Made by a program: the position numbers and the translations under genes. The notes under the pieces are model-generated. The model did not search any database and was not told the origin of the DNA. It saw only the letters and a program-made list of their open reading frames with translations. This document shows, one piece after another, positions 1 to 15,200 of a stretch of 64,000 bases of DNA. Positions within the stretch are counted from its first letter, which is position 1. Every line of letters begins with the position of its first letter. Source of the stretch: Macrostomum lignano (Eukaryota). The stretch is from contig NIVC01003044.1 in assembly GCA_002269645.1 (NCBI GenBank), forward strand, positions 1 through 64,000. Direction: 5' to 3'.

Positions 1-270
1 CAGTGACACACAACAACACACCCAGGATTGTAGTGGCGACTGTGTCAGTGACACACCAACAACACCACCAGGATGTGAGTGGTGACTGTGTCAGTGACAC
101 ACCAACAACACACCAGGATGCATTGGTGGACTGTGTCAGTGACACACCAACAACACACCAGGATGCATTGTGACTGTGTCAGTGACACACCAACAACACA
201 CCCAGGATGCATTGGTGACTGTGTCAGTGACACACCAACAACCACCCAGGATGTAGTGGTACTGTGTCAC
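1..270. repeat. About 43-bp minisatellite containing the palindrome TGTGTCA-G-TGACACA
   Basis: About 6 near-identical units. Confidence 0.9.
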
Positions 271-734
271 CAGGAGGTATCGGTGAATGTGTCAGGTAAT
301 TTGCTTAATTAAACGCTTTAATTAAATTAAGGTAAATGTTCAGGAAGTAATAGACATAATTAAATACCAAGGTCATACAGCCAATATTGTATGGTATTAA
401 AGGACATTAAGCGTCCTTAAAGCATCCATGGTGCTAACTCTATTTTGGCTCTAGTGCAACCCGAGACGCCCAGCAACCCGGTTATTGGGCTTAAAAATGG
501 TGATGGAACTTCATTAATCCTATTCGTATATAAAGTGCTAAAATCGGTTTTTTAGTATGCTAGATTAACAATACTTGCTTGGTTGTGGGCGGCGGGATTC
601 AATGGGAAAGGAAAAGTGGTGAATGTGAGTGGGAGAATGGGATTCTATATGCAATATATGCGTCTATAATATGTGTAGTAACTAGCGTATCTATACTGCC
701 ATAATATATGCTACGAATGAGGAAATTGAGTGAA

Positions 735-1600
735 TGAGAGGGTGACTGTGGGTGATTGAGGGTGATTGAGGGCGATTGAGGTGATTGAGGGTGACTGTGG
801 GTGATTGAGGGTGATTTAGGGTGATTGAGGGTGATTGAGAGTGATTGAGTGATGAGGGTGATGAGAGTGATTGAGGGTGATTGAGGGTGACTGTGGGTGA
901 TTGAGGGTGATTTAGGGTGATTGAGGGTGATTGAGAGTGATTGACTGTGGGTGATTGAGGGTGATTGAGGGTGATTGAGGGTGATGAGGTGACTGTGGGT
1001 GATTGAGGGTGATTTAGGGTGATTGAGGGTGATTGAGAGTGATTGAGGGTGATTGAGGGTGATTGAGAGTGATTAGGGTGATGAGGGTGACTGTGGGTGA
1101 TTGAGGGTGATTTAGGGTGATTGAGGTGATTGAGAGTGATTGACTGTGGGTGATTGAGGGTGATTGAGGGTGATTGAGGGTGATTGAGGGTGATTGAGGG
1201 TGATTGAGGGTGACTGTGGGTGATTGAGGATGATTTAGGGTGATTGAGGGTGATTGAGAGTGATTGAGGGTGACTGTGGGTGATTGAGGGTGATTTGGTG
1301 ATTGAGGGTGACTGTGGGTGATCGAGGGTGACTGCGGGAGACTGCGGTGATTGAGGGTGATTAGGAGTGACTTTGGTTGATTGAGGTGACTGCGAGTGAT
1401 CGAGGGTGACTGCGGGTGATTGAGGGTGATTAGGAGTGACTTTGGTTGATTGATGGTGATTTAGTGTGATTTAGGGTGATTGAGGTGACTGCAGGTGATT
1501 AGGGTGATTTAGGGTGATTTAGGGTGATTTAGGGTGATTAAGGGTGATTTAGGGTGATTTAGGGTGATTTAGGGTGACTGTGGTTGATTTAGGGTGATTT
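735..1600. repeat. 10-bp (GGGTGATTGA/GGGTGATTTA)n minisatellite
   Basis: Direct reading; units shift towards TTTAGGGTGA at the 3' end. Confidence 0.95.
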
Positions 1601-2659
1601 AAACTCAATATTTATAACAAGATTCATAAATTGTTATAAATATTGATGTATAAATAAGATTCATACATTCATACAGTACAAAAGAAGAAAAACACACATT
1701 AATAATGGATAAAAGAAGAACTCCGTGCGCTACGCAGAGGACATCCAGTTTCTGGAAGTTTCTGAATCTTTTGCATCTCCCTTTGTACCGCCTACAGCTG
1801 TGCACAGATCCATCACGTGTTTTTTTTCCATCACGGGTGTTCGGTGTCTGACTGTTGGTACCTGGGTAAGGTTCAACGCGATGGTGACAGGTGAATTGAC
1901 AGCTCCCAGCTGAAGGTCCAATCCTTGGTAGCCCTCTTGTACAGGTGGCCTAGAAAGTCGAGCTACTGGTAAATTGCTTCGGCAGATCCCAGCCTAGTGC
2001 TAATGATGAGGTCTCTGGTTAGCATAGCCTAGGATATCTACAACCAGCTACCATTTTCTTTGGCTGACTCTACTTTGAACTAGAGAAAATTTCAACAACT
2101 TTTTAAAGTTAGTAGAGAAGATGCAAAAAGTTCACTGTTTCGCTTTTTTCAAACTGTTTTTCCAGGAAAATCCATAAACAAACCGATGGGGAAAACTTCA
2201 ACCCAGGAACTTTAACTGATAAGATGAAAATTAGGAACCTCTGTCAGGGTTTTATGGATTATTGCTTTTCGAGGGTAGGGGAGGGGGGGAGAGTCGATTA
2301 TGTCCCCATGGGAAATTGAATCTTTGCCGTTGCAACAAACAATACTCGTACAGACAAGAGTGAAGAAACTAAAACTGAAAATTAGGTTTAAAAAATAGTA
2401 GCCAAAATGTTTATGAAAGCGGCACGTAAACCAAAATGAGATGATTAATTAAGAGGCGTCATTTATAGAAGACCGCATTCGCACACTTTTGATTTATGAC
2501 CCGACTAATCAGGGGCGCGCGGTAGGAGGGCGGCGCATCCCGACAGGGACCTTTAAAATATCTGGACTGAAAGGAATAGCCACTGGCCATGAAGTTTGTT
2601 GGAAATTGAGCAGAAACTGAAAATTGTCTCCTCCGCATATGAGTGGGGGTGCGCTTTTT

Positions 2660-3025
2660 CATCTGAATGGCGCCATTCCATTTTAGAGGGCGCCATTTTC
2701 ACTTTAGGGATACATTTTATTTTAGGGGCGCCATTTCATATTAAGGGCTCAACTTTATCTTAGGGAGTTGCCATTTCATTTGACCATTTCAGCATCAGGG
2801 GCGCCATTTCAGCATCAGGGGCGCCATTTCAGCTCCAGGGGTGCCGTTTCAGCTTCAGGGGCGCCAATTCAGCTCCAGGGGCGCTGTTTCAGCTCCAGGG
2901 GCGCCATTTCAACACCAGGGGCGCCGTTTCAGCACCAGTGCGCCATTTCAGCCCCAGTGGCGCCATTTCAGCCCAGTGGCGCCATTTCAGCCGCAGCGGC
3001 GCCATTTCAGCCGCAGGGGCGCCAA
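2660..3025. repeat. GGCGCC-rich repeat (GGGGCGCCATTTCAGC-like units)
   Basis: Direct reading; related to 10370-10558 and 13075-13650. Confidence 0.85.
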
Positions 3026-3595
3026 AAATAGTTAAATAAATAATTATTACAACAGCCTTTGAAGATGCTTCATTGATCATATTTTGGCGTGGCGCGCCGG
3101 GTTACCAGTCCAGATCCCATTATAAAGACGTCCACGAATCGCGGCCATGAGAAATCTGGGCAAGAAAAAGAAAGAAGCGAAAATCCCCTAGAGGAAATCG
3201 CGGTCCCTCATCTCCTCTTCCTCTCCTCTGCGCCATTTGAGAGGAGACGGGCCGGGCCGCCTGACTCAAGCGGGGACGATCTGATTAAAATTGATGTCCC
3301 AATAACAGGCCTATAGTTACCCAGCCTCCTTCCCACTCCTTACCTATAGGCTCCATCAACTTGAGAGACTTGATCGCTAGTTTTTTTAGTTCAACCAAAA
3401 CATCATCATTGCTTGCTCTGCAGTGAGCAGGTTGAAAACCTGTTGTGTGCTGCGGTAACTGCACTGTCTCAATCTCATTGAGTGCGTATCAAGTTTCTCT
3501 GTAAGCAAAATTTATTTAGGCAGTGGCTTTCGGTCTCAAATACTTTTCTGGCAGCTTTCATTTGCTAATAAAGTCAGCTCTAGTGTGTGAGAGGT

Positions 3596-4077
<482 letters not shown>

Positions 4078-4439
4078 AGAAGTGGAAAGAGTCTGGGAGA
4101 GCCTGAAAGATGATGCATACTTAGGAATTATTTGCATTTTCATAATTTTCTGAGAAACAGTCCCGTCTGTCTGGCCCGTCAGTATGGTTTATTGTCAGAG
4201 TTCTGCTGGCGTGCGTGACGAATTCTGTTTTGAAAACAATGGTGAAACAATGGCAAAGTAAAAAGAGAAAATTAAAACTCTGTATAGGAAAAGATCAATT
4301 GGCATGCGTTGTTCAAATTTGAGTGCAAAGCTGTAAAATCTCTGGGCTGAAAACCGAGAAATCATAAAGTCATAAAAATTTAGACTTGACTTTTTTAAAT
4401 CATTGTCTAGTGTGCCCTAGAATTCTAAAACTTTATGAT

Positions 4440-4870
4440 AGAGGGGAGGGTGGACAAAGGACAGAGAGAGGAGAGTAGACAGCGGATAGAGGGGAGAGTA
4501 GACAGCGGATTGAGGGGAGAGTAGACAGCGGATAGAAGGGAGGGTAGACAGAGGATTGAGGGGGAGAGTAGACAAGATAGAAGGGGAGGGTAGACAGCGG
4601 ATTGAGGGGGAGAGTAGACAGAAGATAGAAGGGGAGGGTAGACAGCGGAAGGAGGGAAGGGTAGACAGCGGATAGAGGGTATAGTAGACAGAAGATAGAG
4701 AGAAAGGGTAGACAGAAGATAGAAGGGGAGGGTAGACAGCGGATTGAGGGGGGGAGTAGACAGAAGATAGAAGGGGAGGGAAGACAGAGGATAGAGGTGG
4801 AGGGTAGACAGCGGATAGAGGGGGAGGCTAGACAGTATAGAAGCTGGGGAAAGTAGTTAGATAGAGGAGA
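4440..4870. repeat. Purine-rich 22-24-bp repeat (GTAGACAGCGGATAGAGGGGA)
   Basis: Direct reading. Confidence 0.85.
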
Positions 4871-4949
4871 TACAAGTACAGTCCTAGAAAGTGCACCAAT
4901 ATTAGAATTTGCTCTCTGAGCCTAATTACAATTTATTGTGAGCTAATTT

Positions 4950-4984
<35 letters not shown>

Positions 4985-5574
4985 ATACGTAAAAGCACAT
5001 TGTGAGCAGCCCACAAGCAGCGGAGACTAAAGTAATAAAAACATGCAAATCCGCCTCACTAAGCTTGCTGGTTAATATAATCTTGTGCAAGCCAGTGAAG
5101 CATTTACAAAAAAACTGGTCGACAGGCAGACAGACGGGACTGGTGTAATTAATAGTTTTTAACGAAATGCTCATTGACATGCTTTTTACTCTCTTTAGCT
5201 AGTCAACGTACGTACATCGTATGAGACGACTTTACTTGGATGCAGAAGTAATTCGAATTTCGAATCGGCCGGAACCTGGCTGCATCAATCAAATTTCCTA
5301 ATGTGCTTTTTATTCCATCTGGAACTGCAGCTTGTACAGTACAGTATGGATGCCTTCCTGTGCTCTCCAGCGGTGTTTTCTTGGTCCAGGCTTTCTTTGA
5401 GTAGTCGAACACAGATCGAGAGTATTTCCAGAATTGTAGTGCAGTTATGCTTGCATATAAAGAAAACTAATGGGGGACGCAGAGTCCTCTTAGGCGACCA
5501 AATTGTGTCTTTGAATCCCGTATGGTGTCAAGATGGGCCTCATCTTTTGTCTCATATTTTCATTTGACATCAAT

Positions 5575-6125
5575 ATGTCTTAGTAACGCCAAGATGTGTC
5601 TTATGTGACGCCAAGATGTGACTTATTTGAAGTTGATATGTGTCTCATTTGAAGTCAGGATCTGTCTCATTTGACGTCAAGCTGTGTCTCATTTGACATC
5701 AAGATGTGTCTCATTTGACGTCAAGATGTGTCTCATTTGACATCAAGATGTTTCTCATTTGACATCAAGATGTTTCTCATTTGACGTCAAGATGCGTCTT
5801 ATCTGACATCAGGATGTGTCTCGGTTGACGCCAAGATGTGTCTCGGTTGACTCCAAGATGTGTCTCGTTTGACGTCATTTGACATCAGGATGTGTCTTAG
5901 TTGACATCAAGATGTGTCTTATTTGACATCACGATGTGTCTTATTTGACATCACGATGTGTCTTATTTGACATCAAGATGCGTCTTATCTGACATCAGGA
6001 TGTGTCTCATTTGACATCAAGATGTGTCTCATTTGACGCTAAGATGTGTCTTATTTGACGCCAAGATGTGTCTTTTTTGACGTCAAGATTTGTGTCTTAT
6101 GTGACATCAAGATGTGTCTTATTTA
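5575..6125. repeat. 22-bp minisatellite (GACATCAAGATGTGTCTCATTT)
   Basis: Direct reading. Confidence 0.93.
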
Positions 6126-8811
6126 CAGCCACTGCCACTTACAGCCACTTATACACATGCACGCTCACACAGGGTCTACAGCAGCCCTGACTTTCTAATT
6201 GCCAGGCTGGCATGTTAGTCTGTCAGTCTGGTTAGTAGGTTTAGTCCGTTAAAAATTTTTTTTTGCAACCTAGCGTGAACAATGACATGTTGTCAGCTAG
6301 TTTTACTTATTTAACTGTCAATCAATCAGTCAGTCTGTCATTCATCCATTGTTTGACTTCAAGGTGTCAGCCAAGCTTCCTTAGGAGCCTCTGATTTTCT
6401 GCAGCGTTGTTTGACACTTGTCCCTTGATGGGATGTGAGTTCAAGGGATTTGGGTTGCAGTAGTGGGGAGGTATAGCTAGATACAGACTCAGACACTCAC
6501 TGGCTAGGCTGGGAAGCTGGGAGCATGGGAGATTTGACTGACTACAGCTTCAATGAGTCCACTGCATAGCCACACGCATACGAGCCAATGCGCGCGGTCT
6601 TCAAATCAATTAATCAAGATATTTGGAGGTGGATGGTTGGTGGCCTATGCGGGGCCAAGGTAGGTCAAGGGTTGGACACACTTCAGGTCTGAGAGGTATA
6701 AAACGGCCCCTCACGTGCGTGACGCCCCGGATTGCCAAGGCCTGCATGGAGGACTAGGCAACTAAGCCTGAGCTGCATAGCCCAGCTATGCCCATGCAGA
6801 TGAATAATGAAAACCGTCTGGCCTTCAGCATTGCATAGGGGCAGCCTCTCTGCAGCCTTCTGCCAACCGGCCCTAGTGCGTCTTGACTTGTCTGACAGCA
6901 CCTTATAACTCCTTATAGATAAATTGGCTGATAAATACTCAGATGAGATAATTGAGCATTAGATATCCTCAATTTTGGCAACTGTAAAGTTAAAATTATA
7001 TCAATTAAAGAATAGATTATAAAAAAAGAAAATCGATTTTCCAGTCGGCTTGGATTAACTAAAAAGAAAATATTTAGGGCTATGGTTTTAATTTATATTA
7101 TTAATATTTAATTGCTGATTAAAATATTTATTTGTCAATTTTACAGGTTGTTAATTATTGTGATTTACTGTTATTTACCGTATCTACTTATTGTATATCA
7201 TGTACGGGCGCTACACAAGTGCGCAATTTTCGTGAAAATCGGTCGAGCCATTTTTGCTGAAATCAATCACATATAGAGGATCGTGGACATAAAACTCTTT
7301 TTTTACGGTTCTTATTCATTTATTTTTTAATTTTTTGTGCCACTGTTCTCCTCTAGTGCATTTATTTTCTTTTATTGTTCTTGATAATTTTCAATATAAA
7401 ATATATAATTATTTGCTTTTCAGCTCTAGCTATTTGAAGCTTAGGATAGTAGTCTAAGCTTTTTAAGTTTTTTGGTTATTTTTACAAAAATTTTATTGAT
7501 TCGCGTTTGGTTATTTTGTCGTTATCGATATTTGTTTATTCTTTCTGTTCTTGTTAAATGAATACTCGTAATAACAAATATATTAACCGATGTATTCTAC
7601 AAATAAATTTTAAAAATCAAACACTGTTATATTGGACAAGCAATATTATTAAAAACCGTTGCAAACATCATTTATAAACTAGCTCATACCTAGATTTCAA
7701 ATGGCTATACGAGCGTAGCTACTATTGTCCTTTATCATGTATCTCCCTGCAAAAATGATTTCGTTTTTTGCAAAAAGACAATCTTGTGAGGACAAATGCA
7801 TTGATCGGCATGAAAGTTAATCCAGCACAAAAATCTACTAGCTAATGGACACAAAGCACTAAACAGGGCGAACAGAAAAAAAACGTTGACAGCAAGCAAC
7901 AATCATTAACATCTATACGTCTGTCTGAATGGCCCCAATAAGGAATGATATCGCTTTACATTTGGACAGATGCACTTTAGTATAGCTAAGAAAACAATTG
8001 CTTAAAAGTAATTACCTGTTGCATACCCCAAAAATAAATTCAGATAGTATAAATTTAACTGTTGAAATTGCTATTAAAATATCCTGAGGTGTCAAAGAAA
8101 CTCAGGGCTACCTCAAAGAAACTTACGGACACTTCAAAAAACCCCAGTTGTGTAACTAAACAATCCTTCTTCAAAGTATTGAGCCCCCCCCCCCTTGGCT
8201 CAGACTTGAGAGAGAGTTGCACATGACGGTGGCTCAACATACAACGCAGCTCTTAACTCTTAGCAGTGATGTCGGCAAGAAGCTACAAAAAGTCAAAAAA
8301 GAAAAGACGGATGCAGAATCAGGTAGCTGTATGTGCTTGGAGCCAGCCAATAGCAGCACGGCAAACCTTGGCCTCCCAATCCCCAATCACCGTTAGCAAT
8401 GATCGCCATGTGTAGAGACCGCCCAGGCGCAATAGGCTACTGCCCCTCTAAAATACACCCCCAAAGACGCAAGTCGACCACTCTGAAATCTCATCTCCCG
8501 TCTCTCACACTCTCTCTCTCCTGGTCTAGCTACCCATAAAATTTCATCCTCATTACCTTTCTGAAGACGAGGCACCACGCGTCGTCTTCTGTCTTTCCTC
8601 TTTCCGAGATTCTGATTTGAGAAATCGAAGAATACGTACATCTAGCGCATTGTTTTAGTCACAAATTTTAGAAGCAAATTGAGCTGCAAAACCTCCGCTT
8701 TGGAAGGTAAGAAACTACTTACTGCCTTATTCATATTCCAGAATATTGAGCCGGCTTTGTTGAGTGATTTTAGCGTATAAGGACTTGTCGTTTGTCCCCC
8801 CCCAGCGAATT

Positions 8812-9578
8812 AATTGAGGGATTCCCCTAATTAAACCCCTGAATCAACTGATTGATTCCCCTAACTAAACCCCTGAATCAATTAAGGGATTCGCCTAATT
8901 AAAACCCTGTATCAACTGCGGGATTCCCCAAATTAAACCCCTGAATCAACTGAGGGATTCCCCTAATTAAACCTGTGAATCAACCGAGGGATTCCCCAAA
9001 TTGAACTCCTGAATCAACTGATGGATTCCCCAAATTGAACTCCTGAATCAACTGAGGGATTCCCCAAATTAAACTCCTGAATCAACTGAGGGATTCCCCT
9101 AATTAAACTCCTGAATCAACTGAGGGATTCCCCTAACTAAACCCCTGAATCAACTGAGGGATTCCCCTAATTAAACCCCTCAATCAACTGAGGGATTCCC
9201 CTAATTAAACCTGTGAATCAACCGAGGGATTCCCCAAATTGAACTCCTGAATCAACTGATGGATTCCCCAAATTGAACTCCTGAATCAACTGAGGGATTC
9301 CCCAAATTAAACTCCTGAATCAACTGAGGGATTCCCCTAATTAAACTCCTGAATCAACTGAGGGATTCCCCTAATTAAACCTGTGAATCAACCGAGGGAT
9401 TCCCCTAAGTAAACCCTTGAATCAACCGAGGGATTCCCCTAAGTAAACCCTTGAATCAACCGAGGGATTCCCCTAATTAAACCTGTGAATCAACCGAGGG
9501 ATTCCCCTAATTAAACCTGTGAATCAACCGAGGGATTCCCCTAAGTAAACCCTTGAATCAACCGAGGGATTCCCAAAA
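8812..9578. repeat. 34-bp minisatellite (GAGGGATTCCCCTAATTAAACTCCTGAATCAACT)
   Basis: Period 34, e.g. 9054 to 9088. Confidence 0.95.
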
Positions 9579-10369
9579 GTCATGGATCTGGTGTGAAATT
9601 ATTCGAATCAAAGCCGGGATAAAATTAACCGATTACTTTGCAGTCAATTAATACCCGCCTAGTAAAAAATCGATATATTTACGCTCGCATTTACGTAGAA
9701 AACACGGCTTCACGGTTAAAATAGACAAAACTACTTCTCAAACTGTCAACCCTATCATACTGACCTCAATCTAGCGAATTTCGACAGAAAAATCAATTTT
9801 TTTTCACGAAAACTATAGTTCTACGTGTTAGTATATATATATATATATATATATATAAGATATACATACAAATATTTATACTCAGCACCCTCCCTGGAAA
9901 CCAGTTTACTCCACTTAGTAAATTCAATTTCCAAAGTTAAAGAAGATAGATAGAGTCAGATAAGGATGGCTAGATAGCTAGATAGTTGCCCCTATAACAG
10001 CAAGTGGGCTCCGGCGTGTTAGTTAACTGAAAATGCCACTTCCTCCCTTTTCTCAAATACGTTCCTCTTTCCGCGACGACCGAAGTTCCTGAGATTTCCT
10101 AGCCCCTACTCAGGCTGGAGAGAAAGCTTCTCAACTGACAATTGGTTTAAGCCCTGGCGGTGGCTGTAGTTGTATATCCTCAAATTCTATAGATATATGG
10201 ATGCGCGGCATCTTTCTGCTGAAAAACTTTGCTGGATTTTTCCCCGTGACTACCGCCAGGCAATGCAATGCCCAGGTATTGTTTTGCTTTTTAAATCTTC
10301 CCAAATTAAGTATTCCCAATAAGGGTGAGGAGAAAGGGTGTCCGGGGCGTAGCCAGGATTTTTTTGTTT

Positions 10370-10558
10370 CGTGGGGGCGCCATCATGGAGGCGCCATTGT
10401 GGGGCGCCATCGTGGTGGCGCCATAGTGGGGATGACATCGTGAAGGCGCCAAGCAAAAGCACCAGAGGGCGCCAAGCACCAGAGGGCGCCAAGCACCAGA
10501 GGGCGCCGAGCACCAGAGGGCGCCAAGCACCAGAGGGCGCCGAGCACCAAGTTGCGCC
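10370..10558. repeat. GGCGCC-rich 17-bp repeat (CACCAGAGGGCGCCAAG)
   Basis: Direct reading. Confidence 0.85.
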
Positions 10559-11024
10559 ACAAGTTTAGCAAGGAAATTTAATCCAAATGACGGCCAGTCA
10601 AACCTCGGCCACTTCTCACTTTACCTCAGTCCTCAAAACAAACCCCCTTCATCTTGTCCAACGCATTAGCATCGCCGCACATTAGAGCGATGACGTAATA
10701 ACGCCGATTTCAACTCAACGCCTTTAAGTGAGAGAGTTGGACAGGGAATAAGAAGCAATATAAATTGTGAGGGAGAATCTCTCCTAAATCTACTTGTGAA
10801 GCCTTATAACTAAATATTTTTTCCTTTAAAGCTTTCTTCTGCTTTCGTGAAATACTCTAACGACAACTTTTATTAAAACACATTAGCTTGATTAGCTGGG
10901 AACAGATGGAGTACAGATAATGCGCCTTTACTACATTTTACCTAGATTGAGCACTCTCTGAACTGTGTTAAAATATCTAATTTACTCGTTGACTTCTTGA
11001 GGATTTTTTTTACCAACTTAACCC

Positions 11025-11560
11025 GTCTAGTATTTCTTAGAAATGTCATCGATCCAGTATTTCTTAGAGATGCTACTACGCTCGTAGTTAGAGTATTTAT
11101 TAAAAATTCAGTTGTCAAGCATTTCCTAGAAAACTCATCTAGCAATTCTTAGAAACTTCACAACCAACAAATTCTTAGAAGTTTCACTAGTCTAGCATTT
11201 CTTAGAAATGTAACTAATCTAGTATTTCTTAGAAATGTCACTAGTCTAGCATTTCTTAGAAATTTCACCAGTCTAGTATTTCTTAGAAATGTCACTAGTC
11301 TAGCATTTCTTAGAAATGTCACTAGTCTAGCATTTCTTAGAAAAGTCACTAGTTTAGTATTTCTTAGAAATGTCACTAGTCTAGCATTTCTTAGAAATGT
11401 CACTAGTCTAGCATTTCTTAGAAAAGTCACTAGTCTAGCATTTCTTAGAAATGTCACTAGTCTAGCATTTCTTAGAAATGTCACTAGTCTAGCATTTCTT
11501 AGAAATGCCACTAGTCTCGCATTTCTTAGAAATGTCACTAGTCTAGCATTTCTTAGAAAT
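11025..11560. repeat. 27-bp minisatellite (TTTCTTAGAAATGTCACTAGTCTAGCA)
   Basis: Direct reading; 9-aa period in the pseudo-ORF. Confidence 0.95.
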
Positions 11561-12054
11561 CACTCCTAAAAATGCCTGGCACTTCTACTGCAAAGAAAAT
11601 TCTAAAATCACATTTTAAAACAGCCTCAAATCGAAGCCTCATACACGACTCACGCGCTTCAGCTTAGCTCAAAAACCAATTCAGGCAGTCAGAACGGGAA
11701 GCCAATCCCCCAACAAATCATCCAGGTCAGCAGAGAGGTGAGACTCAGCTCACAGCTGTTGCTAAGGAGGTCGCGGTGGACAGGAAAAAATTCTACAGCA
11801 TTCAGATGAGTCCACTCAGGCTCTCAGCTGAGCAGAATAGCCGTTGTTGCAGTTTCCTGGCAAAATGGAGAAAGCTGTATTAAAAAAACTGGATTTACAG
11901 GGCTTGGTAATGGGGATGAGGTTTTGCAACAACAGGTCACTGCAGCTTAAAAGTCACTGAGAGGCTGCTGAGAGCAGGGGAACTCAACTGTGCTTCCTTG
12001 TTGCAGAAATTGCATTCCACTTCAGGGTGAGACAGGTGGAGAAGAAGGAGATGG

Positions 12055-12443
<389 letters not shown>

Positions 12444-13074
12444 CCAGCGCAAATAACCACACGTCATCACCAAGAGCAAGCACCCCATGGCGGACCTCCC
12501 GCAGTCACTCAGAATTGAATATGGGAAATCAAGTCAAGCCAATAAAACGCTCATTATTTGCCTGGACTCACTGTGACTCCTGCTGACTCCACGATCATCT
12601 GTCCATCTCAGACATCCATTCTCAGTCAGTCTGGCAGCACGCGAAACGGCCCCAACCCCTCCACAATCCTCTGCAAAAATGGTTATGCAAGCAATTTTGT
12701 CAAAGAAAGAGCTTCACTGCGTGCCACGTCATCAAGAAGGAGGCTGGGAGTTTGGCTGAGTAAAGGAATTCCTCCCAGTATGCGGTTTTTATCACTTCTC
12801 TCCAATCTTTTCCCGTGATGACAGTCTGGCAGTTAATCTCATATATATACTAATCCGCTCTGGCTTCTGGTCAACTTCAGCTGGTCAGGTATAAGGTCTA
12901 ATCCGGAGCGTGGCCATAATCTGCCAGGTAGCATCTTTTGGCTAATTATTATGAGTCAACATTTTCTGCTTCGTCCTCAATGCAGCTAGCGGGCGCGGGC
13001 GGGCGTATAGCCAATGTGGAAGGTGGCTGCGGCCCCACCTACCCCCTACCCCCACAATAGGCTGGCAAAGGGAA

Positions 13075-13650
13075 TGGCGCCCCTTGGTGCTGGCGCCCCT
13101 TGGTGCTGGCGCCCCTTGGTGCTGGCGCCCCTTGGTGCTGGCGCCCCTTGGTGCTAAAGCCCCTTGGTGCTGGCGCCCCTTGGTGCTGGTGCCCCTTGGT
13201 GCTGGCGCCCCTTGGTGCTGGCGCCCCTTGGTGCTAAAGCCCCTTGGTGCTGGCGCCCCTTGGTGCTGGCGCCCCTTGGTGCTGGTGCCCCTTGGTGCTG
13301 GCGCCCCTTGGTGCTGGCGCCCCTTGGTGCTAAAGCCCCTTGGTGCTAAAGCCCCTTGGTGCTAAAGCCCCTTGGTGCTAAAGCCCCTTGGTGCTAAAGC
13401 CCCTTGGTGCTAAAGCCCCTTGGTGCTAAAGCCCCTTGGTGCTAAAGCCCCTTGGTGCTAAAGCCCCTTGGTGCTTCCTTAAAATGGCGCCTCTTGTCCC
13501 TAAAAATGCGCCTTCCCCTAAAATGGCGCTCCTCCCTTAAAAATGGCGCCCATACCCTATAATGGTGCCCTTTCCCTAAAATGGGCCCGCTTTCTCTAAA
13601 ATGGCGCTTCTCCCTTAAAGTGACGCTTCTCCCCTAAAATAACGCCCCTC
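13075..13650. repeat. 16-bp (CCCTTGGTGCTGGCGC / CCCTTGGTGCTAAAGC)n plus degenerate AAAATGGCGCC units
   Basis: Direct reading. Confidence 0.93.
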
Positions 13651-14762
13651 CCTTTAGAATAATAAAAGCTTGCAACGAAGCAAGGGTAGAACGTGTGAAG
13701 AGGAGACGCCTGCCGCTATTTTACACACAGAATCCAAAGCGGCAGAAACTGATGCCTACGGAAATATTTATTTGCCACTTGTGCCGCCGACGCTTCGTCG
13801 CATCCGTCACTAGAAGCAACAGAGAGTGAAAAAGAAGAAGCAGAGGAGCAGATGAGGACGAGAGGATTACACAGTGTGACTGCTCCCGCTTTCTCTCTCT
13901 CTCTCTGCTCACCTGGGTGGGGATTTTATCCCACCACCCAACTCCGTAGTCAGTCAAAGCCTTTCCCTCTTTCTCTCTCATGGGATTTCTCAGCGCTTCT
14001 TTTGCTGGGCCAATTTTCACATTCCACACGTGCACGCCCCGCTGCCCCGCTGAACAGGGGGGGGGGGGAAATTATATCTGTTCTCCCACTTTCCCTTTTG
14101 CTTAATTTCCTTGCAGAGCCGGGGAAAAAGAAAAAAATGCCTAAATGCAACGGTATATCAGGTATTAATGCAATGCGTAGGTAGGTAGTCATGGCCGTCT
14201 GCCTCCCGACTACACCGCTAAATGGAGCTTGAAAAAGTCGAACGAACGAATCTGTTTGAGGGATTTCCCCTTTCTCCTCTAGTCTATCGATAATTCCTTT
14301 CTTCCCTAAAATGAGAAAATTGTCTCTGAGTCACACTCCGGACGAGGTTTGGTAGGGTCGGTGAGAACAGAGTTAGAGCAGAGACGTCAGGTAGGTTTTA
14401 ATAATAAGACAAATTAGTCTTAACCTTCTGTCCCAGTGTATGCATAACGTTATTAGAATAGATAAAATCTGCAGGAGGGTCCACTGATTTAAATCTTGTC
14501 TGGGACTTGATTATTATTCGATATACAGGCCGATTCTTTCCAACCGGCTCGGCCGGGGAGCCTGGCTGAGATTCGGGAGAGACATCAATTAGTCACTTTG
14601 TGTCCAGCTCCCGGACTGTGCATTCATCTTTCATTAGGGCATAGGTAATTCTCCTCTCTGAGCATAGCTCTCTTTTTCTTTGGCGTGTGTGTGTGTGCGT
14701 GTGCTTCTCTTTTAATGGTTTTTTAATGCTTTAGCTAGTATGGAGTTGAATATGATTCATAT

Positions 14763-15200
14763 GGGGTAGAGTAGAGTAGGGAAGGGTAGGGCAAGGTAGA
14801 GTAGAGTAGAGTGGGGCAGAGTAGAGTAGAGTGGGGCAGAGTAGAGTGGGGCAGAGTAGAGTAGAGTGGGGCAGAGTAGAGTGGGGCAGAGTAGAGTAGA
14901 GTGGGTAGAGTAGAGTAGAGTGGGGCAGAGTAGAGTAGAGTGGGACAGAGTAGAGTAGAGTGGGACAGAGTAGAGTAGAGTGGGGCAGAGTAGAGTAGAG
15001 TGGGTAGAGTAGAGTGGGGCAGAGTAGAGTAGAGTTGGTAGAGTAGAGTAGAGTGGGGCAGAGTAGAGTGGGGCAGAGTAGAGTAGAGTGGGGCAGAGTA
15101 GAGCAGAGTGGGGCAGAGTAGAGTAGAGTGGGGCAGAGTAGAGCAGAGTGGGGCAGAGTAGAGTAGAGTGGGGCAGAGTAGAGTACAGTAGGGCAGAGTA
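14763..15200. repeat. (AGAGT)n with GGGGC interruptions
   Basis: Direct reading. Confidence 0.93.

Noticed and set aside
1-270. CRISPR-like spacing of a palindromic repeat (also the 46.6-49.3 kb array)
   Set aside because: The intervening sequences are near-identical rather than unique spacers, there are no cas genes, and the context is eukaryotic.
1725-1913. ORF starting RYAEDI, resembling an RT YADD motif
   Set aside because: The flanking residues are not RT-like and the frame is short.
5270-5530. Start-less minus-strand open frame containing YCTSCSSRW (CxxC)
   Set aside because: No recognisable domain and no convincing splice sites.
6364-6897. Possible solo LTR (TGTCAG...CTGACA with CCAAT at about 6585 and TATAAAA at about 6697)
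   Set aside because: No target-site duplication and no second copy in the window.
10344-10362. GGGGCGTAGCCAGG, resembling a DNA-transposon terminus
   Set aside because: No matching inverted partner or TSD was found.
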